64,000 bases of DNA from Macrostomum lignano (GCA_002269645.1 NIVC01001284.1:62001-126000), one strand, 5' to 3'. Positions 33,187-47,205 are shown, counted from the stretch's first letter. The notes: a model not told the origin generated them from the letters alone. Program-made: numbers and translations.

Positions 33187-36100
33187 TCAACCAGTCTCAG
33201 CGGCGGCCCAGGCAGCCAGCCACCTGGAATACCTATCCGAGTCGCTAGTTGACCAATACCTCATGGTAGAATCGTCCCAGAACAGATACCGGCAGTTACT
33301 GGCGTCGTAAAACAGCCTGCTAGATGAGCTATAGTACAGGCCTGTGACCGGGTCATAGTACAGTCCAGAGCTGGGCTCGTACTGCAGTCTGGACATCTCT
33401 GGTGGCGCTGTTGAAGCTGGCAGAGACAGCTCACTGTGCTCAAGAGCAACCCGAGTCTGCTGCCTGTTACCCGAGCTTTCTATAAGCCAGGCAGCTGTGG
33501 GCAGATCCGAAAAATCTGAGCAGCGATAGAGACGAAGCACAGACAGGGTTGAGCTGTCCGCTGCCGCCGAGAGCAGCACTGCTCCGCCAAGATGGCGGCA
33601 TCTGAAAAAAATTGATATTGAAAATTCGTTTGTTTTAGCAAATTACTATATTTAAATCGAAATGTCCTAATGATACTACCAAAACTCCTCAATAAGTAGA
33701 AAGTAATAAATATGGCTAGAACTTTATATGAATACAGATAGAAAATGACGCAATATAACTAAAATATTCACTAACACTTCGCGAATGTCTTCCTCCATCA
33801 CAGGCGGATTCAGGTGCTGTCGCACCAAGTGCTTCGTCGACGAAGAAATCGTGGAGGACGCTTCTTTCTCGTCCTCCTGATCGACAGTCGCTTGAGCCAG
33901 ACACTGAGCCGATTCTGGCGACCAGACCCGACGCAGGCCGTTAGTAAAACCAGCTCTCCTAGCTAATCTACTGTCAGATGAAGCGACTACAACACCTGCA
34001 GAACCGTTGGTGTTATCCAAAATTTTGTAAACGGCACTGGCTAAACTACTTGCAGCTTTTGTTGGCTTCGTAGAGACGATTCCGCAGCCGAACAGGCAGA
34101 CGACAAGTTGGGCGCGAATCGTTTTGGAGGCTTCTGCCAGAGATGGCAAACTGGATAGCAGAACTGCAGCTGGCAGGCTGACGTGATGCGCTACTATGAG
34201 TAGCAAGTTGGAATTCGCTTCGGATTGTGAATGGCTGAAAATAATTTTTTTTCAAATTCATTCATTCAAATTCATTTTCATTTTCAATTTGAAATTCATT
34301 CAAATTCAAATTCATTTTCATGTAAATGAACATTTGTTTAAAATATCCCATCAGGATAATCCCAGCTCTAAAATATCCCATCAGGATAATTCCAGCTCTA
34401 AAATATCCCATCAGGATAATCCCAGCTCTAAAATATCCCATCAGGATAATTCCAGCTCTAAAATATCCCATCAGGATAATCCCAGCTCTAAAATATCCCA
34501 TCAAGATAATCCCAGCTCTTAAATATCCCATCAGGATAATCCCAGCTCTAAAATATCCCATCAAGATAATCCCAGCTCTTAAATATCCCATCCAGATAAT
34601 CCCAGCTCTAAAATATCCCATCAAGATAATTCCAGCTCTAAAATATCCCATCAGGATAATCCCAGCTCTAAAATATCCCATCAAGATAATCCCAGCTCTA
34701 AAATATCCCATCAGGATAATTCCAGCTCTTAAATATCCCATCAAGATAATCCCTGCTTTTAAATATCCCATCAAGATAATCCCAGCTCTTAAATATCCCA
34801 TCAAGATAATCCCTGCTTTTAAATATCCCATCAAGATAATCCCAGCTCTTAAATATCCCATCAGGATAATCCCAGCTCTTAAATATCCCATCAAGACAAT
34901 CCCAGCTCTTAAATATCCCATCAAGACAATCCCAGCTCTTAAATATCCCATCAGGATAAACCCAGCTCTTAAATATCCCATCAGGATAATCCCAGCTCTT
35001 AAATATCCCATCAAGACAATCCCAGCTCTTAAATATCCCATCAGGATAAACCCAGCTCTTAAATATCCCATCAGGATAAACCCAGCTCTTAAATATCCCA
35101 TCAGGATAATCCCAGCTCTTAAATATCCCATCAAGACAATCCCAGCTCTTAAATATCCCATCAGGATAATCCCAGCTCTTAAATATCCCATCAAGATAAT
35201 CCCTGCTTTTAAATATCCCATCAAGACAATCCCAGCTCTTAAATATCCCATCAAGACAATCCCAGCTCTTAAATATCCCATCAAGATAATCCCAGCTCTT
35301 AAATATCCCATCAAGACAATCCCAGCTCTTAAATATCCCATCAGGATAAACCCAGCTCTTAAATATCCCATCAGGATAATCCCAGCTCTAAAATATCCCA
35401 TCAGGATAATCCCAGCTCTTAAATATCCCATCAGGATAATCCCAGCTCTTAAATATCCCATCAGGATAATCTCAGCTCTAAAATATCCCATCAGGATAAT
35501 CCCAGCTCTAAAATATCCTATCATGAGAATTCAGGCTGGAATAAGAACAAAAGAATGAACTGTAAACTGACTGCTCACTCATTATCAACAGATTCCTGTG
35601 CTCTTTCTGACACAGCCGCTTCTTTTGCTTCCTGTTTCTTTTCTGCTTTTTCTCCCTGCCTGAGCAGCAAGTCCGGCAGCTGAACCGGCCTGGCACATTT
35701 GCAAGTCCCGGCAGTAGATTTGATCAGTTCAACTATCGATCCCAGGTCCCGTTCTGGTTGGAATTGGCTGCCGGCTTGTAAATCAGCAGATTTGACATCT
35801 ATGGGTGCAGTTGAGCCCAGCTTGGCCAGTTTGTCGTCCAGCTGATCAAGGAAGTCTCCAGCGCAGGCCTCGGTTTCTGCAAGATCGTCGGCAGCGTCCG
35901 AGGCTTCGGGCAGGCGCTGCAGTTCAGACAGGCGGGTGTCGAGCTCGGCACGTCCGAATAGGGGAGCCGCTGTTGCTGGGGTGTTGCTGAGAAAGGAGAG
36001 GAGAGGAGATGCGACTATGATTAAAATAGAAATGCAAAAAAGCAAACTTTAAAAAAGAAACAATATCGGCTCAACAAGTTAGACGATTCTCATCCCAAAT

Positions 36101-37340
36101 CAGAGGATTCTGATCCCAAATCAGAGGATTCTGATCCCAAATCAGAGGATTCTGATCCCAAATCAGAGGATTCTGATCCCAAATCAGAGGATTCTGATCC
36201 CAAATCAGAGGATTCTGATCCCAAATCAGAGGATTCAGATCCCAAATCAGAGGATTCTGATCCCAAATCAGAGGATTCTGATCCCAAATCAGAGGATTCT
36301 GATCCCAAATCAGAGGATTCTGATCCCAAATCAGAGGATTCTGATCCCAAATCAGAGGATTCTGATCCCAAATCAGAGGATTCTGATCCTAAATCATGAG
36401 ATTCTGATCCTAAAGAGGATTCTGATCCCAAATCAGAGGATTCTGATCCCAAATCAGAGGATTCTGATCCCAAATCAGAGGATTCTGATCCTAAATCATG
36501 AGATTCTGATCCTAAAGAGGATTTTGATCCCAAATCAGAGGATTCTGATCCCAAATCAGAGGATTCTGATCCCAAATCAGAGGATTCTGATCCTAAATCA
36601 TGAGATTCTGATCCTAAAGAGGATTTTGATCCCAAATCATGAGGTTATGATCCCAAATCATGGGGTTATGATCCCAAATAATAGGATTATGATCCCAAAA
36701 AGGATTCTGATCCCAAATCATGGGATTATGATCCCAAAAAGGATTCTGATCCCAAATCATGGGATTATGATCCCAAAAAGGATTCTGATCCCAAATCAGA
36801 GGATTATGATTCCAAATTGTGAGATTATGAATGGATCCTATATCATAGGATTATGATCCCAAATCGGGGGATTCTAATATCAAATAAGATGATTTTTATC
36901 CCAAATTTGATTCTGATCCCTAATTTATGGATGCTGATCCTCAAATTGCCAACTCCCAAAATACTGGTTAGAAATAAAATACGCCCCAAAAAACAGCGGG
37001 AACTGTGTCTCACCCAGCAGAGCAGGCCAACATAGAGGCCACAACACGCAGTTGACTCAGCAGCTCAGCATAGGCCTCGCGCCATCGCTTGAACGCATCC
37101 GAAACCACCTGACCGATGAGCTGCAGGTCGGCGTTGGCGACATCCGTCACGCCGCAGCTGCGATCGACGCGCAGGCGGGCACCCTGTAGGACGTTCTGCA
37201 CGTCGCGGCTGCAGCGGCGGACGGCCAACAGCAGCTGCTGGTCGCACGGCTGCAGGGACAGCTCCGGCTGCCAACTGCCACCGCGGCGGGGGCGCTTCAG
37301 TGGCGGCTGCGGCTGGCGTGGGATGGGTGACGCTGATGAG
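33187..37340 (-). CDS. OCRE-domain protein with possible degenerate RRM-like segments, 5'-incomplete; exons 37340-37014, 35986-35579, 34234-33776, 33601-33187
   Basis: The C-terminal YEPSSGLYYDPVTGLYYSSSSRLFYDASNCRYLFWD is an OCRE octamer-repeat pattern (RBM5/10, AGGF1 type). All four junctions are phase 2 and keep the frame open. No start codon was found. Confidence 0.7.
34337..35522 (+). repeat. 30-bp minisatellite AAATATCCCATCA(G/A)GATAATCCCAGCTCT(A/T), ~39 copies, intronic
   Basis: Direct inspection. Confidence 0.96.
36091..36900 (+). repeat. 21-bp minisatellite ATCCCAAATCAGAGGATTCTG, intronic
   Basis: Direct inspection. Confidence 0.95.
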
Positions 37341-37349
37341 CTGCTGGCT

Positions 37350-37396
37350 TGCTGTCTGTCTGTCTGTCTGCCTGTCTGTCTGTCTGTCTGCCTGCC

Positions 37397-37437
<41 letters not shown>

Positions 37438-37470
37438 GCCCGTCTGTCTGTCTGTCTGTCCGTCAGCCTA

Positions 37471-37511
<41 letters not shown>

Positions 37512-37566
37512 GTGTCTGTCTGTCCGTCAGCCTATCTGTCTGTCTGTCTGTCTGTCCGTCAGCCTA

Positions 37567-37612
<46 letters not shown>

Positions 37613-37618
37613 AGCCTA

Positions 37619-37667
<49 letters not shown>

Positions 37668-37692
37668 GTGTCTGTCTGTCTGTCTGTCTGTG

Positions 37693-37744
<52 letters not shown>

Positions 37745-37750
37745 AGCCTA

Positions 37751-37792
<42 letters not shown>

Positions 37793-37798
37793 AGCCTA

Positions 37799-37876
<78 letters not shown>

Positions 37877-38100
37877 AGCCTATCTGTCTGTCTGTCTGCC
37901 TCTCTGTCTGCCTATCAGCCTGTCAGCCTGCCTGTCTGTCAGCCTGTCTGCCTGTCTGTCAGCCTGCCAGCCTGTCTGTCTGTCTGTCTGTCTGTCAGCC
38001 TGCCAGCCTGTCTGTCTGTCTGTCTGCCTGCCTGCCTGCCTGCCTGCTTGCCTGCCAGCCTGTCTGTCTGTCTGTCTGCCTGTCCTTGTCTGTCTGTCGA
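37350..38100 (+). repeat. (CTGT)n microsatellite punctuated by CCGTCAGCCTAT
   Basis: Direct inspection. Confidence 0.95.
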
Positions 38101-38456
38101 TCTGTATGCCTGTCTCAGACTTGTGATATTCAATGCACCAAAAAGTCAGAACAACAGATGTTTGACACAATTTTTAATCGCTAGAATGGCTGATTGAAAA
38201 ACAATAATATATTTTTATTAGCATGAACTTTGAATGCATTTGAACAGTTAAGACTTGATAAACACAATTATTAATATACTCACAGGAAGATCTAGCTGTG
38301 TCCTTTACCTCAAAAAGGTCTTATATATGCTCGTATACATTTGTAAGAATGGAAAAATATTTAAAAGAACACACAAATGCTCAACAAGTCGCATGATACA
38401 CAGTAGAAAAGGCCAACATAAAATTGAACAGGATTAGGAGCAATAATTATACACGA

Positions 38457-39374
38457 TCAGATGGTTTGCAGCACCAGCTCCAACTGCTGGCCATGCTCCA
38501 ATCGGCCAACATCCGCATCGTTGCGCAGTCGAACATTCGGCAGTTTGCGAATTCGTTCAACAGAGACTGGGTCCTGGCCGAGCTCCTGGCAGAGCAGGTC
38601 CATTAATCCGTCGTATGATCGATTGGCTAATTCCACTTCGATGAAGTCGGGGTCTCTGGGATATTGTTTGGGAAGGAGAGTATGAACTACAATGAACTAC
38701 AATTGAGTATTGTTGGCTATACTGTAAAGACGAGAGGAAGAGAGAGTGCGATGGGAAGTGGCACGTGGAGATAGAGAGAATGAGAGGAAGAGAAATGGGA
38801 AAGGCGGGGAGAGAGAGAGGGAAAGATAGGAGAGAGGGAGACAGGGAGAGAAGGAGGGAGACAGAGAGAGAATGAGAGGGAGAGGGAAGGGAAGGTAGGG
38901 AGAGGAGGGGGAGGGAAGGGAAGATAGGGAGAGGAGAGGGAGGGAAGGGAAGGTTAGGGAGAGGAGGGGGGGGGGAAGGGAAGATAGGGAGAGGAGGGGG
39001 AGGGAAGGGAAGGTAGGGAGAGGAGAGGGAGGGAAGGGAAGGTTAGGGAGAGGAGAGGGGAAGGGAAGATAGGGAGAGGAGAGGGGAAGGGAAGATAGGG
39101 AGAGGAGAGGGAGGGAAGGAAAGGTAGGGAGAGGAGGGGGAGGGAAGGGAATATAGGGAGAGGTTGGGGGAAAGAAGATACGATAGGCGATGCAAAATAG
39201 TGGATTCAATAAGAGCCTTAGAAACTAAAAACGCAGCCCACTGTATGATTTGACAAAGGCGAACATACACATCACACCAATTAAAATAAACAAAGCACCT
39301 CTCACCTGGACTTGGCCACTCTGGCTAGCAGAAGCAGCGGTTGTCGAGACCCCGGCAGAGTTCCGCCGCCAGAA

Positions 39375-39407
<33 letters not shown>

Positions 39408-40329
39408 GAAGCAGATCCAGCCGTCCGTCTGGCGTAGTGAAATTCTGGATTTCGCAAATAATTCGGCACAAAACCTGTTGTTGAGGCCCTGGCGGCAGCT
39501 GGGGCAGTCTCAGATCTAGCGGCTGAATCTTCATCAGCTGGAGAGCTACTACTTTTAGTAGCACTAGGAGAATTTCCAACCGAGTTCAATAGCTTGGCCA
39601 GTTTAGGCGACGTGCACACGTCAGCTGGGGATTTTCCTGCGGCGCTTTTGATTGACGCATTGGCGCCGGAGCCTGGATGATGTCGAGGGGAGCGGAAAAT
39701 AAGATTAAAAAATTGGGTCCATGAAAATTGAAAAGAGCAAAAGACAGGAAAAGGGTTACAGAGATATTAGAAAGATTAGGTGGAGATAAGGAAGCGGGAA
39801 AGACGAAAATAATGGTATAGGCGAGTGGAGAGGGGGCAGAGGGGGTGGAAAGAAGGGGACATAGATCGAGGGAGCGGACAAAAAGGGACACGGAGGGGGC
39901 GGAAGGTAGGGGACACGGAGGGGGCGGAAGGTAGGGGACACGGAGGGGGCGGAAGGTAGGGGACACATAGAGGGCGGTAAGAAGGGGACACAGAGGGGGG
40001 CGGAAAAGAGACAGAGACAGAAAAGACGACAGAGAAGAGTGGGCAAGCTGCTTCAAATGCCACAATGGTGAGCAGAGGCCAACATTGGCACATCCCATAC
40101 CAAGCAACAAGCTGACAATATGCGCATGATCTCGCTTAGCGGCCCAATGCAGCGCTGTCCAACCGTTGACCCGATTAACAGAGTTCACGCCAGCTCCAGC
40201 GGCTAGCAGACTAGCAACTCGCTCCTCGTCACCTTGAGCACTGGCCTCGCGTAGATCTTCGTCCAAAGCGGAGCTAGAAGGGCTAGTAACGGAGACTTCT
40301 GAAGCAACGTTGCTGTCTTGAATGTCCAT
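38457..40329 (-). CDS. ANKRD40: ANKRD40 orthologue, ~264 aa; exons 40329-40101, 39672-39306, 38655-38457
   Basis: DLREASAQGD...VNSVNRVNGWTALHWAAKRDH, FVPNYLRNPEF, and C-terminal DFIEVEL...VERIRKLPNVRLRNDADVGRLEHGQQLELVL. Phases are 1 and 2, and the CDS is 795 nt. Confidence 0.9.
38720..39175 (+). repeat. Polypurine (GA-rich) degenerate array in ANKRD40 intron 2
   Basis: Almost purely G/A on the + strand. Confidence 0.9.
39870..40010 (+). repeat. 25-bp G-rich repeat GGGGACACGGAGGGGGCGGAAGGTA in ANKRD40 intron 1
   Basis: About 4-5 units. Confidence 0.8.
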
Positions 40330-41681
40330 CGACTGGTGATGCGGATGATCGACGATTACTTTGCTTAAAGAAAAAAATTGAAAAATAACAGCAGAGTTTT
40401 AGAGGAAATTAAAATTAAAATCCGAGTTTTATTAAAAGAAATTCTGCCTCACGAGAATTTTATTAAAAAGAAATTTCTTCCAGCCGTTATAAATGTCCCT
40501 CTACCCCTGCTCCTGTCTATAATCGGTTTATGTACCGCACAGCTGAAAGAGCATGTACATGTTGTACACGCAAATTCCTAAGAGAGGTTTAATAAAATAA
40601 AGAACCAACCGAAGACTGACTGTCGTAGTCGTTCATTTAAACAGCAGTTTAACACAGCACACTTTACATTAATAGTGTAGAACATTGTAGAGAGAGGGCC
40701 TCTACGCGTCGATTAGAAAAGAAAACAGCGGGGGTAAGGGGGTGGGGGGTTGGCGCTCCTACACAGTAAAGAGACAGAATTCAATGTACGTACACGCCTC
40801 AGCCCTGTCACCCGCGAACGGACAAAATTTTCTAATCACTGTACAGTGCATCAGCCGCCGCCACCTTATCAGTTAAGTGAGGGAGTGAGAAATGGGGTGG
40901 TTGGGCTAATAGAACGGGGTGTACATTCAGTGAGCCCTCTCCCAAAACTGTACAGAAAGAACTGGGCGGGGAGGGAGGGGGTAGAGAGTGAAAATGCTGA
41001 AGGGAGTTGAAGGCCAGAAAGCAGCGAATATAAAACCTTATCTCCTGCACAGTAAAAGCAAAGCTTGGCGCACAGCAAAAAGCCCTACTTTGGCTATTTC
41101 TATTGAATAAAAAATAGAACTGAATAATAAGGCAAAACAACGCGACAACAGTAACCCCTAGCTACGGACATAGGTTGTATGTAGATGTAGATAAACTAGA
41201 CAGAGTCTCGATTTCTCAAGACAAAAAAGTGAGACTCTATCAAGTCATACACACTCTTGAAAGAGCAAATTGTAACAAATAAAGGTGAGGTAAGTCATTA
41301 AATTACTCACATGGTGTTTCATGTATTTACTAATATTAAATATTAAATAGTTACAGTGTACTTTTCGCAATAGTGTAGGGTAAAAATCAATAAGATTTAA
41401 GAATATGAATTACACTTTCTGAAAAAGCTGAATAATCTTAGCTCGAATAAAGATAAGAAATTTTACATTCTGACGCGGATGCTGCAATATTAAGCAACAC
41501 GGATGCCATAAATTCTAGTTGTACTATTTGTTAAAATTTAAAATCAAAATCATTTCGTGGCGTCATAGCCTGAAAATTCTGAACACACTGAACAAGGAAC
41601 TATGACATAAGAAGCAAATCATTTTTTTTCAAATCCAGCAACTCATTAAAATCGCAGTGTAAAATCAATTAAAAGGACAGA

Positions 41682-44600
41682 ATGTACGCGGCAACACTGG
41701 TCACAGAGCGAGCTTCAGACGCAGCCTCGCCGGCAACAGACGCGCTCAAAGAACTCGTAGGCGATTGTACCTGTCCAATTTGTCAAGAGGTTTATACTAA
41801 TCCACATCAGCTAGCATGCGGTCACACTTTCTGCTTGAAATGCTTTGATAAGCTAAAACGAAAATGGGAGAAACGAACAACAAATGGCGGTGGCGGAGGT
41901 GGTGGCGGAGGCAGTGGCAGCGATGGCGAAATGCTCAGTCTCGGGCAGATGTTGCTTCAATTTTCTTCTTCCGTGGCTGGCAGAAGCGGCGATTCAGACC
42001 CGCTGCAATGTCCAGTTTGTCGTACAAGTGTCGACCCGCATCGACCATTGAAACCCGATCAAACCGTCCGGTCTTTATTGCACACATTGAAAACTGTCAA
42101 AGCTGGCTGTTGTCAAGAGTCCGATTGTTGGAATAAGCGCCAAGTTTGTTGCACCCAATGCGCCTGCGGCCTGTGCGCGGAGCATCACAAAGCTAAGATG
42201 GAATCCATTCGTTCGGGATGCGACGAATTAGCTCAAGAGGCTGAGAAATTCTTGTTAGCCAAATCGGAGGAGTTCGAGAAGATGCAGGTAGGTTAAAATT
42301 CACATTTTCTTTCAGCATCGATTGTTATTGACAACATAGCAACACAAAGAAAAGAAGCTGTATTTTGTATAAAAACGAACAAAACTTGTCAATTTTGCCA
42401 ATGACTGTTGTAAGGTTTAAAGTTTTACCGTTTGTATAATTGTTACAAAAACTTTCTATCTGCACTGCAGAAGACAGTTTTATGTTTAGTTATATCTACT
42501 GAATATTTTTAGAGAATTTTAAGGTAACGGTTTTTTGGTAACGTTAAATATTCAAAAGTAACGATAGTCAACATTTTTGTTTCCAACAAAAAGTAATTGT
42601 GGGAATATATACTCAGCAACATCAAAAAGTCGCCATCACAGAAGATTCCGTCTGTTTTCGCCATTTTTGAGAGTGCAGGTAAAGTCTCTCAATCTTTGCC
42701 AGTGACGCAACTCAGCTACGCCACAGCAGACTTGAGTTGAGGAATGAAGAGGGAGTGGTGTGCGAGGGTTGGACAGATTAAAGCTACCTCGATCAGTTTT
42801 CTCGTATCTTTTATTTCAGATAGGAGCTAAAAAGGTACCATGTTTTAATCTAATTAAAAAAAACTGTTCGACACTTTCAGAGTCAACTAACTGACGCGGA
42901 AACGAAACTTGAAGAGCTTCAACAAGCAATGCTAAAATCACAACAAGAACGATTTTCAATGTGCAGCGATCAGCTAGCGGCCGTCAGACAGCGAACAGAA
43001 CAGGAACAGAATGAGAGGACAAATATCGGCGCCGAGTTGAACGAGGAAGCCAAAAAGCTACGACAGTTGTTGGAAAATGAAACTGGTCACATTGGACCAG
43101 AGGTAATTCACATTTTTGGTTTATTTTTTTTAATAAGCTACAGTATTCAACGCACCATTGATCATTAGCTTCAAAGTTGCAACAACAAAATTCATAAATT
43201 TATTTTCAAATCGATTACTTGCTTTACTAGGTTCTGAATCAGCGCGACCAACTTAAAGAGAATATACAATCGATAAACAGTAAATACCCGTCAAGTTGTC
43301 TACAGGTTGGCTTTGACAATGACAAGATGACCACGGAGCAAGATACAGTGCTCCAAGCCGTATCAGTGAGAATTCTAAAACGACCATACGCTGAGAGATC
43401 GGAAAAGTTCAAGCCAATGGTGATTAAAAAGACTAAACGAGGCGAGCCATGGGAGGTGCGTCTATTGCAAGACGATAAACTGTTGGTGAACTACAAAGGC
43501 TTTCCAACACGACGTCTGCATATATTTAATGCCGGGACATTAAAAGAGACCGACATGATTGAACTGCAACTCAATCAGGGCCAATTTCCAGGACAAATTT
43601 GCGTCTGCAGACAGAGAGAAAAAATTTTAGCCTCCGATCCTAAGAATCACTGCGTGTACGAGTTTAACTACGGGGTGAGTTAGTGAATGCTCATTTGGTT
43701 ACATTAGCCCTTTTTGCGTACCGTTAGTTACCATTGCTTTCTATCTATGTATTTCGACACAATCCCCCTGTACATCATGTGTGAGCTTGCATGTAAGTGC
43801 GTGTCTGCATACAGTATTACCGGCAAAATGGGCAGAATTCCCTGACCGCTACACCAGGAAGTCCATAATCCTACGAAAATTAATTTTTCTTTATTTCACA
43901 TCAAATAAGCTATCCATTTTCACACTGTCATCCAGGGCCGAATGACTGGCCAATTTGGCAGCAAAGGCTCGGAGCCAGGTCAGCTGCACACCCCGAAAGG
44001 AATGTATATCTACGAAAACATTCTGTACGTGGTTGACAGCAAGAACAAACGTATACAGTTGTTCGATATGGAGCAAGACTATAAGAACGTGGGCAGTGTT
44101 GAACACGATAGCATTAGCACAAGTATCCAGGTGAGATCTGACACTTGAACCAACTATAGAAAGTAACTATTGGCTATTGCTGATGCATACAGTGCGTATA
44201 AAACCCACAGACACGCAGACTTCAGGTGCAAATAAAACCCAAATAAAACCCACAGACACACTGACTCCAAGTACAAATAAAACCCACAGACACACTGACT
44301 CCAAGTACAAATAAAACCCACAGACACACTGACTCCAAGTACAAATAAAACCCACAGACACACTGACTCCAAGTACAAATAAAACCCAGACACACTGACT
44401 CAAGTGCAAATAAAACCCACAGACACACTGACTCCAAGTGTAAATAAAACCCACAGACACACTGACTCCAAGTGCAAATAAAACCCACAGACACACTGAC
44501 TCGAAGTACAAATAAAACCCACAGACACACTGACTCCAAGTGCAAATAAAACCCACAGACACACTGACTCTAAGTACAAATAAAACCCACAGACACACTG

Positions 44601-45236
44601 ACTCCAAGTGCAAATAAAACCCACAGACACACTGACTCGAAGTACAAATAAAACCCACAGACACACTGACTCCAAGTGCAAATAAAACCCACAGACACAC
44701 TGACTCCAAGTGCAAATAAAACCCACAGACACACTGACTCCAAGTGCAAATAAAACCCACAGACAAACTGACTCCAAGTGTGTATAAAACCCACAGACGA
44801 CAGAATATTATAGAGTATCCAGGTACAAGTGTCAAGTCTCCAAGCGTACATGCATTTCTCTCCCCTCCCCTTACAGGCCGTGTTCGTAGGCCCAGCCAGC
44901 ATAGTGATTTGCGATCGCGGCAGCGACAGTCTCATAGTTTTTGACCGAGTCAGCAAGCGCTATTTAAAAAAACTACCAGCCGGTGGTGAACCATTTGACG
45001 CTTGTACAGACCGATTCGATAACATGATCGTATCGTTAACTAGAGAGCGAAAGATTCGAATATATGATTCCACAGTAACGCACTGTATTAATACATTCGA
45101 CATTGGTTCCGCTATCGATTCGGACTCGGAGAAATTGCAAAACTATTTGCACGGAGTCGCTTTTGATCCGAATAGCGACCGACTGTTTGTAGCGGAAGCT
45201 TTCGCCAAAAGGTTGCTGCGCTTTGACATGACCTGA
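41682..45236 (+). CDS. TRIM-NHL protein (RING, B-box-like, coiled coil, NHL propeller), ~608 aa; exons 41682-42287, 42881-43102, 43231-43674, 43936-44130, 44877-45236
   Basis: C3HC4 RING CPIC...CGHTFCLKC...CPVC; B-box-like CQESDC...CTQCACGLCAEHH; NHL repeat GQFGSKGSEPGQLHTPKGMYIYENILYVVDSKNKRIQLFD. All introns are phase 0 GT-AG, and the CDS is 1827 nt. Confidence 0.88.
44195..44790 (+). repeat. 34-bp minisatellite CAAATAAAACCCACAGACACACTGACTCCAAGT(A/G) in the last TRIM-NHL intron
   Basis: Direct inspection. Confidence 0.95.
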
Positions 45237-45461
45237 TTTGACCTTTACTAATTTCAAGTAAGTGGAGACTGATATCCTTGTGCTTATATAGTTACTTATG
45301 CTACAGGTAGAACTTGAAGACCACTATTTAAGATGTAGCCGATTAATAAATATTATATTGCACTGAAATATTGTATACTGCTACTAACTTTCTTGCTTAC
45401 CTCCTAGAATATCCAGCAACTGGGTTTAGCGTTTCACGTGTTGTAACGACACATCTATAAA

Positions 45462-45758
45462 CATACATGCGCAACAGTCGGCCGAGTCGGCCGATCCGGC
45501 CGACCGATTTGGCGGCCAATCAAGGAAGTCGCAAAAATGCCCACCCAAAAAATACCAAACTAGTAGTACTAAGTAGATGACGAGGCATTTTTAATTAATA
45601 AGACAGTCATAGTTACTCCTGCCGTTTACCCAAAGTTGCGTTGATTTTGCTTTAGGGTTTTTTTACATGCAAGTCGCATTTTTGGCCAAAAACTACGTCG
45701 CATTTTTGTTAAAACTAAGTCGCATGGCCGACCGAATTTTGGAGGTTGCGCATGTATG
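45462..45758. mobile_element. 297-bp hAT-type MITE with 14-bp TIR CATACATGCGCAAC and 8-bp TSD TCTATAAA
   Basis: TIRs at 45462-45475 and 45745-45758. TCTATAAA occurs at 45454-45461 and 45759-45766. Confidence 0.88.
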
Positions 45759-46294
45759 TCTATAAACTTTAATAATTATGTTATTTTCAGTTGCTATTAG
45801 TATGTTTCTTGGGATTTTCAAGACTTTGATTATGCAGACTGAAATTTCTGTAGGTCAGAGTGGCTCAAAAATGTAAAGGGTATGGTAGAGATGTATTTTA
45901 TTTGATTTGTTATCCAGAGTTCGCATCTAGGATGCTAAATAGCACAGTAGCTACGATGCTTAGAAAGAAAAAACTTTGATTTTAAACAAATTGATTGCCA
46001 AACTGTATGCCTCTTTAACACTTTTAGTGTGCTAACTAACGCTGCATACTCTAGTAAATGATTTGCTTAAAAATAAATATTTACATATATACGATCGATT
46101 AGAAATGTTAAACAAACCTGTATTTTACCTTTTTGATTTTCTCTAAATTGTATAGTCATTGAAAAAAAATCGCTCCGTTTTAAAACATACCTAAGCTAAA
46201 GTCTAATTAGTACAAATCTATATTGATAGAGACAACAATTTTTTTACAATGGGCGGAGGTAAAATTCGATGTACAATGATTAATGAGAGACCAG

Positions 46295-47205
46295 GCTTGA
46301 CGTATATTGATTGGGGAGAGACGAAACTTGATGTACATTGATTGGGGAGAGACGAAACTTGATGTACGTTGATTGGGGAGAGACGAAACTTGATGTACGT
46401 TGATTGGGGAGAGACGAAACTTGATGTACATTGATTGGGGAGAGACGAAACTTGATGTACATCGATTGGGGAGAGACGAAACTTGATGTACATTGATTGG
46501 GGAGAGACGAAACTTGATGTACATTGATTGGGGAGAGACGAAACTTGATGTACATCGATTGGGGAGAGACGAAACTTGATGTACGTTGATTGGGGAGAGA
46601 CGAAACTTGATGTACGTTGATTGGGGAGAGACGAAACTTGATGTACGTTGATTGGGGAGAGACGAAACTTGATGTACGTTGATTGGGGAGAGACGAAACT
46701 TAATGTACGTTGATTGGGGAGAGACGAAACTTGATGTACATTGATTGGGGAAAGACGAAACTTGATGTACATTGATTGGGGAGAGACGAAACTTGATGTA
46801 CATTGATTGGGGAGACAAACTTGATGTACATTGATTGGGGAGAGACGAAACTTGATGTACGTTGATTGGGGAGAGACGAAACTTGATGTACGTTGATTGG
46901 GGAGAGACGAAACTTAATGTACGTTGATTGGGGAGAGACGAAACTTGATGTACATTGATTGGGGAAAGACGAAACTTGATGTACATTGATTGGGGAGAGA
47001 CGAAACTTGATGTACATTGATTGGGGAGACAAACTTGATGTACATTGATTGGGGAGAGACGAAACTTGATGTACGTTGATTGGGGAGAGACGAAACTTGA
47101 TGTACGTTGATTGGGGAGAGACAAAACTTGATGTACATTGATTGAGGAGAGACGAAACTTGATGTACGTTGATTGGGGAGAGACGAAACTTGATGTACGT
47201 TGATA
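46295..47205 (+). repeat. 31-bp minisatellite GATTGGGGAGAGACGAAACTTGATGTAC(A/G)TT
   Basis: Direct inspection. Confidence 0.95.
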
